Origin: Chloroflexota bacterium
GTDB taxonomy: Bacteria > Chloroflexota > Limnocylindria > QHBO01
Assembly (NCBI GenBank): GCA_039932375.1
Contig: JBDTQD010000003.1
Coordinates: forward strand, 1 to 62,167
Length of the DNA: 62,167 nt
Direction: 5' to 3'
Under the pieces are notes generated by a model that saw only the letters and a program-made list of their open reading frames with translations, ran no database searches and was not told where the DNA came from. This document shows, piece after piece, positions 18,114 through 28,428 of this stretch (position 1 is the first letter of the stretch; every line of letters starts with the position of its first letter). The position numbers and the translations under genes were made by a program.

Positions 18114-19208
18114 ATGCCCGAAACCCTGACCGAATCCTTCTGTGAACGGTGCGGAACTCGCTACGAGTTCGCCGCCCCCGAGAAGCTCACGACGATCCGC
18201 CGCACTCGGGGCCTGGTCTCAGGGCTCAAGAACTACATCATGAGCCAGGACACCCTGTCCGACGCCGTTGGCGACGCGATGCGCGCAGAGGAAGAGGTCC
18301 TCGCGACCAAGCAGCTCGACGCATTCCATTCGACCTTCAACTTCTGCATCGACTGCCGCCAGTACACCTGCACGACCTGTTGGAACGATGCCGCCGGGCG
18401 ATGCCAGAGCTGCCAGCCGCTGCCGCGGGTCGAGGGGTTGGCGCGGCAGTTCGAGGCGACCATGGGCCAGGCCAATCCAGGCTACGAGATGCCGTTCGAG
18501 CTGGCACCCGGGTCCGCCTCGCTGAATGGCGAGATGGCGTGGCCAACGACTGATCTGACCGAGCCGCAGCCGATCTCGGAGCCTGTGCAGGAGCCGGCGA
18601 TGGGTGAGCCGCAGCCGATCTCGGAGCCTGTGCAGGAGCCGGCGATGGTCGGCCCGCAGCGTGAGCCGATCCCCCAGCCGGTGCTGGCCGAGGTCGAGCC
18701 GCAGCCTGAGCCGATCCCTGAGCCGGTGCTGGCCGAGGTCGAGCCTGAGCCTGAGCCTGTGGCGGCCGAACTGGAGCCCGAGCCCGAGCCGATCGCGGAG
18801 CCCGAGCAAATCCCCTATCGACCGCTCCGCCCGATCTCGGACACGTTCATGCACTATCCGCGAGCGACTCCGCAGGACGACGGGATCGCCGCGGCCGCCG
18901 ACCAGGAGACTTTGGCTGCTCGACGCGCACAGCTGGAGCTGCTGGGCCTCGGCGATCCGGGGCAAGGACCGGTGACCCCGGGTCGCCCGATGGTCCTCCC
19001 CTACCGATCGAGCGGTGCGACGCCCCGCGACGCGGAGCGGCTCGCCGCAGCGACCGCGGGTGTGGCCTTCTGGGACGCGTCAGCCCGCGAGGTTGCGGGC
19101 GCGCTCACCCAGATCGGCGTTCGGAACTGCGGACACTGCGAGCTGTCGCTGTCGGCGTCCGCCCGCTTCTGCCGTCGATGCGGGACGCCGCAGGCGCAAT
19201 CGGCCTAA
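18114..19208 (+). CDS. Hypothetical protein with N- and C-terminal zinc ribbons and a Pro/Glu-rich linker
   Basis: CERC; CIDC..C..C..C..C; CGHC...FCRRCGTPQ. Confidence 0.75.
   Translation: MPETLTESFCERCGTRYEFAAPEKLTTIRRTRGLVSGLKNYIMSQDTLSDAVGDAMRAEEEVLATKQLDAFHSTFNFCIDCRQYTCTTCWNDAAGRCQSCQPLPRVEGLARQFEATMGQANPGYEMPFELAPGSASLNGEMAWPTTDLTEPQPISEPVQEPAMGEPQPISEPVQEPAMVGPQREPIPQPVLAEVEPQPEPIPEPVLAEVEPEPEPVAAELEPEPEPIAEPEQIPYRPLRPISDTFMHYPRATPQDDGIAAAADQETLAARRAQLELLGLGDPGQGPVTPGRPMVLPYRSSGATPRDAERLAAATAGVAFWDASAREVAGALTQIGVRNCGHCELSLSASARFCRRCGTPQAQSA
18561..18752 (+). repeat. Intragenic 45-nt tandem repeats (two pairs)
   Basis: EPQPISEPVQEPAM twice (from 18561 and 18606); EPIP(Q/E)PVLAEVEP(Q/E)P twice (from about 18663 and 18708). 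Confidence 0.85.
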
Positions 19209-19546
19209 CCGGTCTCCGGCTTGCCCTTGCCGGCATCCCCTGCGCTGGGAGTCGACGAAATCCCCCTGTCGCCCGAGGTGCCGTCGCCCGAAGGTGTCGC
19301 GGTCGAGCTGGCGTCGCCCGAAGGCTTGCTGCCCGCGCGGCTCCCTGGCGAGTCGCTCCCCGATGCCGACGAGCGCGAGTCGTTGCGGTAGAAGCCGCTC
19401 CCCCGGAAGATGATCCCGGTGGGGTGGACCAGGCGCCGAAGCACACCGCCGCATCGCTCACACTCCGTCGGCCCGTCCTCGAGCATGGAGTGGACCACTT
19501 CCGTGATGACGCCGCAGCTGCGGCACTGGTAGTCGTAGGTCGGCAC
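19205..19546 (-). CDS. FmdB-family zinc ribbon protein
   Basis: MPTYDYQCRSCG...E..HSM....PT.CERCGG.LRR.....GIIFRGSGFY.NDSR. Confidence 0.9.
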   Translation of the reverse strand: MPTYDYQCRSCGVITEVVHSMLEDGPTECERCGGVLRRLVHPTGIIFRGSGFYRNDSRSSASGSDSPGSRAGSKPSGDASSTATPSGDGTSGDRGISSTPSAGDAGKGKPETG

Positions 19547-19671
19547 GGCTCACGCTCCGCCCGACGGCGGAGCCTCCTGAATGGACGATCGGCGGACCAG
19601 GCGGTCGGCGCTGCGCATGATGGCAGCGGCACTCCTGCCGCGCAACGCCGCGGCGATTCCGCCTTATCCGA

Positions 19672-20883
19672 TCAGGCGTTCGACAGGCGTGCGGCGAGGC
19701 TTGCCCACCACGGCTTGCGCACCGAGGACCTGGCGCCGGCGGCTTCCTGCGTGAGCAGGCGCGCCACTCCGTGGAGGTCGAGGCTCATCCGATCGTTCGG
19801 GAATTTGGTGAGGATCGGGACTCCGTCGTTCGCGGCGGCGACCGCGTGCGGACCACTCGACACGATCGTGGCGCTCACCGGTCGACCGAGCGCGCCGGCG
19901 ATGTCGGCCATGCTGACTCCGTAGTTGGCGCGGTTGACGATGACCCTGACGGCGCTGTCAATGCCAACCTGGCGGGCGACCTCCAGGAACTGGGCCGAGT
20001 TGCGGATCGGGCCCACCTCGGGGGTCACGACCAGGAAGATCTCGTTCGCGATGGCCAGCATCGCCATCGTCCGGTCGTCATAGCTGGGGTGATTGTCGAT
20101 CACGACATACGAGTAGTGCGCCTTCGCCCAGCGGACCGCTGCGAGCAGCAGGTCGACACTGATTCGCTCCGATTGAGCTGGATCGTTGCCCCAGGTCATG
20201 ACGTCAACGCCGCTCGGCTCGTGAATGGTCACGACCTGCCTGAAGGCCGCATCGGTCCAGTCCTCGGCCGCCGAGTCTGCAAGGTCGGCGAGACCCATCC
20301 GGTACGGCACCGCAAGCACGCTGGTGACGTTGCCGACCCCTACGTCGGCGTCGAGCAGGCAGACCCGGGTGCGCGTCTGCTCGCGCAGTGCAACGGCCAG
20401 GTTGACGGCAATGGTGGTCTTGCCGACGCCGCCCTTGGGCGCGAAGACGCTGATGACATGGCCCGCGCCGATCGTGTTCGACTCGGAACCCAGGGCATCC
20501 TCGCCCTCGCCCGTCTCCATCGGAAGGGCGCGGTTGTTTCGGATCAGGAGGGCCTGAAGCCGATACACCAGCGCGTCGGCGGGGAGCGGCTTGAGCGCGT
20601 ACTCATCGCGATTGGCATGCGAGCTGCCCTTGGTCGCGAAGGCGGGTGGCTCTGCTCGAAAGATGAGGAGGGTCGCGACCGGGATCACGCCGTGCAGGTC
20701 GGCGTAGAGCTCCGCTGCATCGGGACGCTCGCAATCCACGACCGCCAGGTCGAGCGCGAGGCCGCTTGCCAACCGCTCGGTGATGGTGCCCGTGGAGAGG
20801 ACATCGAAGCCTGCCAGGCTCAGGGCACTGGCGTACGTGCGGTCGTCGCCCTCGAGGGCAAGCAGGACGGTCGGTGAGTCCGT
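19672..20883 (-). CDS. CpaE/TadZ-like protein: degenerate receiver domain + MinD/ParA ATPase (paralog 1); putative ACG start
   Basis: APKGGVGKTT, LLDADVGVGN; frame open to an ACG at 20883 that aligns codon-for-codon with the ATG of the paralog at 27014. Confidence 0.8.
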   Translation of the reverse strand, partial: TDSPTVLLALEGDDRTYASALSLAGFDVLSTGTITERLASGLALDLAVVDCERPDAAELYADLHGVIPVATLLIFRAEPPAFATKGSSHANRDEYALKPLPADALVYRLQALLIRNNRALPMETGEGEDALGSESNTIGAGHVISVFAPKGGVGKTTIAVNLAVALREQTRTRVCLLDADVGVGNVTSVLAVPYRMGLADLADSAAEDWTDAAFRQVVTIHEPSGVDVMTWGNDPAQSERISVDLLLAAVRWAKAHYSYVVIDNHPSYDDRTMAMLAIANEIFLVVTPEVGPIRNSAQFLEVARQVGIDSAVRVIVNRANYGVSMADIAGALGRPVSATIVSSGPHAVAAANDGVPILTKFPNDRMSLDLHGVARLLTQEAAGARSSVRKPWWASLAARLSNA

Positions 20884-20997
20884 GGGATACCTTCCGATGG
20901 TGAGTCCGGTGAGGTTGGCATAACTATCGGTCGGCCGGCGCTGGTTGGGAATGGGACTGCAGATGCCTGCAGGGCGGCAAAGGTCCCCCGGACCGGG

Positions 20998-21732
20998 TCA
21001 GGCCGAGTGGCCGCCCATCCGCATCCCGCACTTCGGGCAGTAGAAGGCGCCCTCCGCCGATTCGAAGCCGCAGTGCGCACAGACCGCCCCGCCTCGGTCG
21101 CCGATTGCCGTCGCGCGCGAGGCAGCAGCGGCCCCGAGGCTGTGGCCGGTGGCCCGCACCTGCTGGTAGAGCGAGCTGAGGAGTCGCGCGCCGTGGCGCT
21201 CGGTGTCGCCGCGCTGGCCCTTCCCGCCCCACCCGACCACCGCTCGCACGATCAGGTCGCCGGAGAGCTCGTCCCAGTGGCTGGCAAGCCCGCCCACGAT
21301 GGCGTTGTAGGCCGGGTAGCCGCTCGTCTCGGTCTCGCCGTGGAGCAGGGCGCAAACGAACGTGTCGACCGTCATGTCGACTGCATCCGTCGACTCCAGC
21401 ACGTACAGGGCGTGATGGGCGATCGGGCTCGCCCCGGCGCGCGCCGTGATCCATTGCTGGAGCTGCGCCAGCTGTTCAATGTTGGGCGCAGCGTTCGCCA
21501 CCTCGGGTCCGACCGGCTGCAGCACCTCGACCGGCGCGATGGCAAGCGGCTCGACCACCGACGGCAGCATCGACTGCATCGTCGGGTCTGCCGGAAGGCG
21601 CAACCCGTCACTGCTGCGGGCCAGGAACGTCAGCTTGAGGCTGAACTGCTGGGCGGTGATCTCCTCCTGCACAGGGGTCGGCGGCGGCGGCGCCTCGTCC
21701 TGGTTCTTGCGATTGCGCCTCAGGAATGACAT
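20998..21732 (-). CDS. Hypothetical protein with C-terminal zinc ribbon
   Basis: CAHCG.....AFYCPKCG; coding-like codon usage. Confidence 0.7.
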   Translation of the reverse strand: MSFLRRNRKNQDEAPPPPTPVQEEITAQQFSLKLTFLARSSDGLRLPADPTMQSMLPSVVEPLAIAPVEVLQPVGPEVANAAPNIEQLAQLQQWITARAGASPIAHHALYVLESTDAVDMTVDTFVCALLHGETETSGYPAYNAIVGGLASHWDELSGDLIVRAVVGWGGKGQRGDTERHGARLLSSLYQQVRATGHSLGAAAASRATAIGDRGGAVCAHCGFESAEGAFYCPKCGMRMGGHSA

Positions 21733-21798
21733 GCGGCCGATTCTAGCAGCGCACCACCGGATGGCCGCGATAGCCCGATCTGCCCAGCAGGCCCGGCA

Positions 21799-24474
21799 TC
21801 AGGCGCCGATGAGGTGCCGAAGCTGCGCCTCCAGGTCGGCAAGACGCGCCTGCTCGCGCTCGACGACGGCCGATGGGGCGCGCTCGGCGAAATCGCTCGC
21901 AAGGAGCGTCCGGAGGCGTTCGATGCCGCGACGGAGATGCGCCTCAGCGGAGGCACGGTGCAAGCCGGCATCCGCGGTCTCGGCCGCCGACTGCTCGAGC
22001 CAGGCCGCGGCCTCCGCTGTCGAGGCAATCACGTCGGGGCGGCCGTCGTCGCCGCCGGGAGCACGCAGCTCGATCGGCCGCACCCGAGCCAGCGCACCGA
22101 GATAGTCGATCCCATGCTCGATCGTTGCTCGCGCTGCGCCATCTGCTGGCACGACGGTGAGCGGGAGCCAGGCAGATGCAGGCGCGCTCGATTCGGTCCG
22201 GAGGTTGCGAACGCCGCGGATCAGCTCGGTCAGGACGGCCATTTCGGCCTCGGCCTCCTCGTCCCGTGGGCCGGGAGACGGCCACGCCGCGGTCATCAGC
22301 AGCGGCCGCTGCGTGGCCGCGTCCGGGAGGCTCGCTGCCAGGGCGGACCAGATCTCCTCGGTCACGAACGGCACGATCGGATGCAGGAGCCGAAGGAGTC
22401 CGGCCAGGCTCCGAGCTGCCGTAAGCCAGGCGCGAGCCCGCTCGCCGTCGCTTGCGCTCGGCCGGCGCAAGTCGACCTTGGCCATCTCGAGGTACCAGTC
22501 GCAGTAGTCGCTCCAGGCGAACTCGTGGATCGAGGTGGCATACGCCGACAGCTCGAGCTCATCGAGCTGGCGGGTTGTCCGGTCAGTCGCGGCAGCGAGG
22601 CGCGAGCCAATCCAGCGCTCGGCGAGGGTCGGCGCGCCTTCCGGCTCGACAATGGAGTCGGGGCGCGCGCTGAGCACGAAGCGAGCCGCGTTCCAGAGCT
22701 TGTTGGTGAAGTTGCGCCCCGCATCGAGCTTCCCCCTGGTCAGCCGCTGGTCGGCCCCAGGGGTGGTGCCCGCGATCAGGGCGAAGCGCAGGGCATCGGC
22801 GCCGATCTCGTCGATCACCTCGAGCGGGTCGACCACGTTCCCCTTCGTCTTGCTCATCTTGCCGCCGCCGTCGGCGCGCACCAGGCCGTGCAGGTAGACG
22901 GTGTGGAACGGCACCTCGCCTGTCAGGAAGAGCCCCAGCATCATCATCCGGGCGACCCAGAAGAAGATGATGTCGTAGCCGGTCTCCATCACCGACGTGG
23001 GGTAGAAGCGCACGTAGTCCGGCGTGGCGTCGGGCCACCCCAGTGTGCTGAATGGCCAGAGCCCGCTGCTGAACCAGGTGTCGAAGATGTCGGTCTCCTG
23101 GGCCAGCTCCGATGCTGGGCGGTCGCATGTCGCGCAGGCGTCAGGCCCGGCCTCGGCATCGGTCACTGTGATGTGGCCGTCCGGGCAGAACCAAGCCGGG
23201 ATTCGATGCCCCCACCACAGCTGGCGGCCGACCGCCCAGTCACGGATATTCTCGAGCCAGTGGGTGTAAACCTTCGCGAACTGCTCCGGCAGGATGCGCG
23301 TACGTCCATCTCGGACAGCGGACAGCGCCGGCTCGGCGAGCGGCTGCATGCGAATGAACCACTGCACCGACAGCCGCGGTTCGACGACCGTTCCGCACCG
23401 ATCGCAGTGTCCGATCACCATCTGGTGCGGGCGCTCGCCCTCCAGGTCACCCATGGCCGCCAGGCGCTCGACGATGGCCCGACGCGCCTCGTAGCGGTCC
23501 AGACTCGCGAACTCGCCCCCCTCCGGGTTGATGCGCGCCTCCTCGTCAAGGACGTTGATGGCGGTGAGGCCATGGCGACGCCCGAACTCATAGTCGTCGG
23601 GGTCGTGGGCCGGCGTGATCTTCACCGCCCCTGTCCCGAACTCCCGCTCGACGATCTCGTCGGCGATGATCGGCAGGTGCCGGCCCAGGAAGGGGAGGAT
23701 CGCTTCCCGTCCGACCAGGTCGCGGTAGCGCGCATCCTCGGGGTGGACGGCCACCGCCACGTCGCCCAGGAGCGTCTCCGGACGAGTGGTCGCGACGGGG
23801 ATCCAGCGCTCGGGGTCTGGCGACCCGTCTTCGCGGGCCAGGTGGTAGCGAATGGTCCACAGGATTCCCATCTCCTCGCGAGGCACCTTCTCGAGGTCGG
23901 AGATGGTGGTTCTGCATCGGGGGCACCAGTTGACGAGCGCCTCGCCGCGATAGACGAGGCCGACCTCGTGCAGCCGCTTGAAGGCAGTTCGCACGGCGCG
24001 AGCGCTCATCGGGTCCATCGTGAACCGGTTGCGAGTCCAGTCGGCAGAGGCCCCGAGGCGCCGCATCTGAAGGCCGATGACGTCGCGCGTCTCGTTCATG
24101 AAGCTCCACATCCGCTCCAGGTAGCGATCCCGACCGAGCGACTCCCGTGTCTCCCCTTCCTCGGCGATGATCTTGTCGAGCACGAACTGGGCAGCGATGC
24201 TGGCGTGGTCGACCCCGGGCAGCCAGAGCGTGTCGTCGCCGCGCATGCGGTGGTAGCGCGTCATCAGGTCCTCGAGGGTCACGAACAGCGCGTGGCCGGT
24301 GTGGAGCGAGCCGGTCACGTTGGGGGGCGGCATTGTGATTACGAACCGCTCGGCTCCCACGGGAGGATCCGAGGCAGGGGTGAACGCCCCGCTCGACTCC
24401 CATCGCCCGTAGATGCCGGGTTCGGTCGCGGCAGCGTCATAGCGGGGTGCCAGCTCGCGCAACTGCGTGCCCAT
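21799..24474 (-). CDS. valS: Valine--tRNA ligase
   Basis: PPPNVTGSLHTGH, WLPGVDHASIA, ATTRPET, RQLWWGHRIP, KMSKTKGN, DALRF. Confidence 0.97.
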   Translation of the reverse strand: MGTQLRELAPRYDAAATEPGIYGRWESSGAFTPASDPPVGAERFVITMPPPNVTGSLHTGHALFVTLEDLMTRYHRMRGDDTLWLPGVDHASIAAQFVLDKIIAEEGETRESLGRDRYLERMWSFMNETRDVIGLQMRRLGASADWTRNRFTMDPMSARAVRTAFKRLHEVGLVYRGEALVNWCPRCRTTISDLEKVPREEMGILWTIRYHLAREDGSPDPERWIPVATTRPETLLGDVAVAVHPEDARYRDLVGREAILPFLGRHLPIIADEIVEREFGTGAVKITPAHDPDDYEFGRRHGLTAINVLDEEARINPEGGEFASLDRYEARRAIVERLAAMGDLEGERPHQMVIGHCDRCGTVVEPRLSVQWFIRMQPLAEPALSAVRDGRTRILPEQFAKVYTHWLENIRDWAVGRQLWWGHRIPAWFCPDGHITVTDAEAGPDACATCDRPASELAQETDIFDTWFSSGLWPFSTLGWPDATPDYVRFYPTSVMETGYDIIFFWVARMMMLGLFLTGEVPFHTVYLHGLVRADGGGKMSKTKGNVVDPLEVIDEIGADALRFALIAGTTPGADQRLTRGKLDAGRNFTNKLWNAARFVLSARPDSIVEPEGAPTLAERWIGSRLAAATDRTTRQLDELELSAYATSIHEFAWSDYCDWYLEMAKVDLRRPSASDGERARAWLTAARSLAGLLRLLHPIVPFVTEEIWSALAASLPDAATQRPLLMTAAWPSPGPRDEEAEAEMAVLTELIRGVRNLRTESSAPASAWLPLTVVPADGAARATIEHGIDYLGALARVRPIELRAPGGDDGRPDVIASTAEAAAWLEQSAAETADAGLHRASAEAHLRRGIERLRTLLASDFAERAPSAVVEREQARLADLEAQLRHLIGA

Positions 24475-24500
24475 CCGCCTGCCTCCAGTCCGAAACAAGA

Positions 24501-24528
24501 GACCCGCTCGTCGAAGGACGAACGGGTC
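24501..24528 (-). terminator. Terminator-like hairpin in the valS leader
   Basis: Minus strand gacccgttcgtc-cttc-gacgagcgggtc followed by UCUUGUUU, between TAGACT (24559-24554) and GGAGG. Confidence 0.5.
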
Positions 24529-24600
24529 GTGGTCGGTCAGCGCCGTGCGCGGGAGTCTAGCACGCCACGCGACCGCATCCGGTCGGGGCAGCTCCGGAGC

Positions 24601-25782
24601 TCAGTCCTTGGCGCCGACGGTGACTCGCAGCTGGTCGCCGGTGGCGACGAACTGTGCGGCCGACTCGAAGCTGCGGATCGCTTCCGCGACGTCGAAGCCC
24701 GGGCCATGGACGGCGGTGAAGATGAACTCGCCAGAGGTGCCGAGGCCCATCGACACGCGACGGACTCCCGCGACGCGCTCCAGCGACTGCTTGAAGGAGG
24801 TGATCGCGCCAAAGCTCGTCAGGCCGGTGACCAGTACCTGCGTGCTAACTTCCTCGGCGTCGGGCGACTCGGCCGTCGGTGCGTCAGGTGTGGGAGCGTC
24901 AGATGCAGCGGTGTTCGCCTCGCCGGAGGTCGGCGCTGGCTCGACAGAGGCCTCAGTGGCGACCTCAACCGAGGGATCGGCGGCTGTGCTCGCCGCAGTG
25001 GCCTCGGCGGTGGCCAGGGCTGTGCTCGTCGCATCGCCCTCGACAGTCGGCGCTGCCGACTCAGCCGACTCAGCCGGCTCGGCCGCGCTCGGCGCAGCGA
25101 CCTCGACCGTCGGCTCGGAGGCCCGTGCAGGAGCGGTGTGCTCAGCAGAAGCCGCCGGCGTGTCCGCCAATGATGGCGGTCGCGGCATGCGCTTGACGGC
25201 CGACGCAAAGGCGACGGGGTCGTGCAGGTCGTTCAGCTGGGCAAAGAAGTCGGCCATTTCGCGCTCGAAGGCATCGATGCGCGCCTGGACCGAGCTCATG
25301 GCTCCCTCGCCCGAGGCCGTGTTCGCTTTGAGCTGGGCATCGAGCTTGGCCTGGCGGCCAGACACCTTGCCGGCAGCCTCCTCGCCGATTCGCTTCATCT
25401 CGCCCTGCTCCCATTCGGCGATGCGAACGAGCTCGGAGTCGGCCAGGTCACGCAACTCGGCGGCGCGCGACTCGGTGGCCGAACGCAGCTCTGCAGAACG
25501 GTCTGCGGCGGCGGCGCGCAGCTGGGTCATTGCCTCATCGCGGGCCTGTTCGGTGATCTCGCGCATGGCATCGACCAGGTCCTGCAGGAATGGCGCAGGC
25601 GCCTCGACGACCGGGCCAGTGTTGGCAGCCGGCTCGGCAGCTGGCATCACGGCACCCAGACTGGAGGTAAGTGCCGTATCGGACGTGGCAGCGGTGGCTC
25701 CGTTGTCTGTGCCGCGCTTCTCGTTGCCTTCCTCATCCGGAACCCATGGGAGGCGGATCCCCTTGCGTGAGCTCTCGGTCAT
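24601..25782 (-). CDS. Hypothetical Ala-rich coiled-coil protein with small C-terminal alpha/beta domain
   Basis: Long helical region, low-complexity linker, C-terminal TQVLVTGLTSFGAITSFKQSLERV...; start overlaps the upstream stop. Confidence 0.7.
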   Translation of the reverse strand: MTESSRKGIRLPWVPDEEGNEKRGTDNGATAATSDTALTSSLGAVMPAAEPAANTGPVVEAPAPFLQDLVDAMREITEQARDEAMTQLRAAAADRSAELRSATESRAAELRDLADSELVRIAEWEQGEMKRIGEEAAGKVSGRQAKLDAQLKANTASGEGAMSSVQARIDAFEREMADFFAQLNDLHDPVAFASAVKRMPRPPSLADTPAASAEHTAPARASEPTVEVAAPSAAEPAESAESAAPTVEGDATSTALATAEATAASTAADPSVEVATEASVEPAPTSGEANTAASDAPTPDAPTAESPDAEEVSTQVLVTGLTSFGAITSFKQSLERVAGVRRVSMGLGTSGEFIFTAVHGPGFDVAEAIRSFESAAQFVATGDQLRVTVGAKD

Positions 25783-27014
25783 CGCGCCACGACCTTTCTG
25801 GCCTCGCCGGAAGTCGACGGGATGAAGGAGGACCACCAGGACTTACGCCGTTCCGGTGCGGTGACGCCCTGCGGCTGGGTCAGCAGGCGAGCCACGCCAT
25901 GGAGGTCGGTCGCGATCTGCTCGCGTGGGTACTTGGTGATCACGGGCGTGCCCTCGTTGGCCGCAGCGATCGCCCTCGGCCCGTTCGAAACGACGGTGGC
26001 GCTGACGCGGGTGTCCAGGGCCTGCGCAATCGCCTCCAGTGAGACGCCGTAGTTTGCACGATTCACGATGACCTTAACCATATCGCCAAGGCCGACTTCG
26101 CGCGCGAGGGCGAGGAATTGGGCGGCGTTGCGCAGCGGCCCGACCTCGGGGGTGACGACGAGGAAGATCTCACGGGACGCCGCCAGCATGGCCATGGTGC
26201 GATCGTCGTAGCTCGGGTGGCAGTCGATGATGACCCAGGCATGGTGGGCGCGTGCCCAGCGCACGGCGGCGACGAGCAGATCGGTGCTGACCCGCTCCGA
26301 TTCGGCCGGCTCGGTGCCCCAGGTCAGTACCCGGACGCCGCTCGTCTTGTGGGTGGTTACGGTGTGTTCGAAGGCCGCGGCGGTCCACTCCTCGGGGGGT
26401 GAATCGGCCAGGTCGGCCAGGCCGCCGCGATACGGCGCATTCAGGACGGCGGTCACGTTGCCGACGCCGACGTCCGCGTCGAGGAGGCAGACGCTGTCGC
26501 CGGTCTGCTCGCGCAGCGCGACGGCCAGGTTCACGGCGATCATCGTCTTGCCAACGCCGCCCTTGGGGGCGAAGAGGCTGATCACGGCTCCCTCGCCGAT
26601 CGTCTCGAGCTCGGCCCCGTCGAGCGGCACGACAGCGGCCACGCCTGGAAGTGTGCCACCACTGTGAATCAGCATCGCCTGGAGCCGATACACCAGCGCC
26701 TCGGGGGGAATCGGCTTGCGGGCGTACTCGTCGCCGCGCGTCTGTGCGTCGGGGACAGCCCAGTCGGGGATCTCGTCGGTGAAGAGCACGATGGTCGGGA
26801 CGGACCGATCGGTATGCAGGAATGCGAAGAGTGCCTCGTCGCTCGTCTCGCCGCGGTCATAGTCGAGCACGGCCAGGTCGACCCCATCGCGACCAATGCG
26901 GTCCATGGCCTCGGGCTCCGTGGCGGCCAGGACCTCGAATCCGGCTGCGGTGAGGGCGTCCTCGTAGGACGAACTCCCCCCATCCAGGGCGAGGAGGACG
27001 CTGGGTCGGTTCAT
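25779..27014 (-). CDS. CpaE/TadZ-like receiver + MinD/ParA ATPase (paralog 2)
   Basis: APKGGVGKT, LLDADVGVGN, HPSYDDRTMAML shared with paralog 1. Confidence 0.85.
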   Translation of the reverse strand: MNRPSVLLALDGGSSSYEDALTAAGFEVLAATEPEAMDRIGRDGVDLAVLDYDRGETSDEALFAFLHTDRSVPTIVLFTDEIPDWAVPDAQTRGDEYARKPIPPEALVYRLQAMLIHSGGTLPGVAAVVPLDGAELETIGEGAVISLFAPKGGVGKTMIAVNLAVALREQTGDSVCLLDADVGVGNVTAVLNAPYRGGLADLADSPPEEWTAAAFEHTVTTHKTSGVRVLTWGTEPAESERVSTDLLVAAVRWARAHHAWVIIDCHPSYDDRTMAMLAASREIFLVVTPEVGPLRNAAQFLALAREVGLGDMVKVIVNRANYGVSLEAIAQALDTRVSATVVSNGPRAIAAANEGTPVITKYPREQIATDLHGVARLLTQPQGVTAPERRKSWWSSFIPSTSGEARKVVAR

Positions 27015-27132
27015 GTGCACTCCCTCAGAGTGTGGTGCGGTGACGAGCGGCACCACCATCGGTTGAAACCGAGGTCACGGGCAATGGGACGACGGCACCA
27101 TCGAGGGCCGCCAAAGGTACCAGAGGGACGGT

Positions 27133-28428
27133 CTAAGCCGATTCCTCGGCACGCTCGGTGGAGCGCGGCCTGGGGCTTCGGCGGCGCGGCTCGGCCTCCT
27201 CGGTGCCGGTCACCAGCATCGGCGGCTGCCCATGCTCGATCGTCTCGGCGGTGATCACGACCTTGCTCACGTCGGTGCGCTCCGGAATGTCATACATCAC
27301 TTCCAGGAGCGCTTCCTCGACGATGGTGCGCAGGGCGCGGGCACCGGTCTGGCGGTCGAGTGCCTTGCGTGCGGTGGCCTCCAGCGCCTCCGGGGTGAAG
27401 ACGAGCTCGACCTGGTCGAGCGACAGGAATTTCGCGAACTGGCGGGTGACGGCGTTCTTCGGCTCGGTCAGGACGCGCACCAGGTCGTCCTTTACCAGCG
27501 CGGCCAGGCTGACCACCACCGGCAGTCGGCCGACGAATTCGGGGATCAGGCCGTACTTCAGCAGATCCTCGGGCATGAGGTGGTCCATCAGCATGCGGCG
27601 CTCCTCGCGCGATCGCTGGGCCTGCGAGCCGAAGCCGATCCCCCGCTTGCCGATCCGCTCCTCGACGATCTTCTCGAGCCCCTCGAACGCGCCACCGCAG
27701 ATGAACAGGATGTTGGTCGTGTCGATCTGGATGAAGTCCTGGTGCGGATGCTTGCGACCGCCCTGCGGCGGCACGTTGGCAACCGTCCCTTCCAGGATCT
27801 TGAGGAGCGCCTGCTGCACGCCCTCGCCCGAGACGTCCCGGGTGATCGAGGGGTTATCGGTCTTGCGTGCGATCTTGTCGATCTCGTCGATGTAGATGAT
27901 TCCGCGCTGCGCGCGCTGCACGTCGAAGTCGGCCGCCTGGATCAGGCGGAGCAGGATGTTCTCCACGTCCTCGCCGACGTAGCCGGCCTCGGTCAGGCTG
28001 GTGGCATCCGCGATGCAGAAAGGCACGTCCAGGACCTTCGCCAGCGTCTGCGCCAGGAGGGTCTTGCCGCTGCCGGTCGGGCCGACGAGCAGAACGTTGC
28101 TCTTGCCCAGCTCGACCTCGTCGACCGCGCTTCCTGCATTTACGCGCTTGTAGTGGTTGTAGACCGCGACCGACAGGACCTTCTTGGCCGCGTCCTGGCT
28201 GATGACGTAGGCGTCCAGCTTCTCTTTGATGCGACGCGGTGACGGGAGCGCGGCAGGGGTGCTCTTCGCGCGCGGCGCCTCGAGCATCTCCTCCTCGATG
28301 ATCTCCTGGCAGAGGTTGATGCACTCGTCGCAGATGTAGACGCCCTGGCCCGCAATCAGCTTGCGCACCTGCTCCTGGCTCTTTCCGCAGAAGGAGCAGC
28401 GGTACGGAACCTTGGTCTTGCCGGTCAT
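27133..28428 (-). CDS. clpX: ATP-dependent Clp protease ATP-binding subunit
   Basis: CSFCGK zinc-binding domain, [37 protein letters not shown]. Confidence 0.98.
   Translation of the reverse strand: MTGKTKVPYRCSFCGKSQEQVRKLIAGQGVYICDECINLCQEIIEEEMLEAPRAKSTPAALPSPRRIKEKLDAYVISQDAAKKVLSVAVYNHYKRVNAGSAVDEVELGKSNVLLVGPTGSGKTLLAQTLAKVLDVPFCIADATSLTEAGYVGEDVENILLRLIQAADFDVQRAQRGIIYIDEIDKIARKTDNPSITRDVSGEGVQQALLKILEGTVANVPPQGGRKHPHQDFIQIDTTNILFICGGAFEGLEKIVEERIGKRGIGFGSQAQRSREERRMLMDHLMPEDLLKYGLIPEFVGRLPVVVSLAALVKDDLVRVLTEPKNAVTRQFAKFLSLDQVELVFTPEALEATARKALDRQTGARALRTIVEEALLEVMYDIPERTDVSKVVITAETIEHGQPPMLVTGTEEAEPRRRSPRPRSTERAEESA

Noticed and set aside
21814-25173. Long antisense ORFs (for example 1119 aa opposite valS, 846 aa opposite cphA)
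   Set aside because: Shadow ORFs caused by high-GC codon bias opposite well-supported genes
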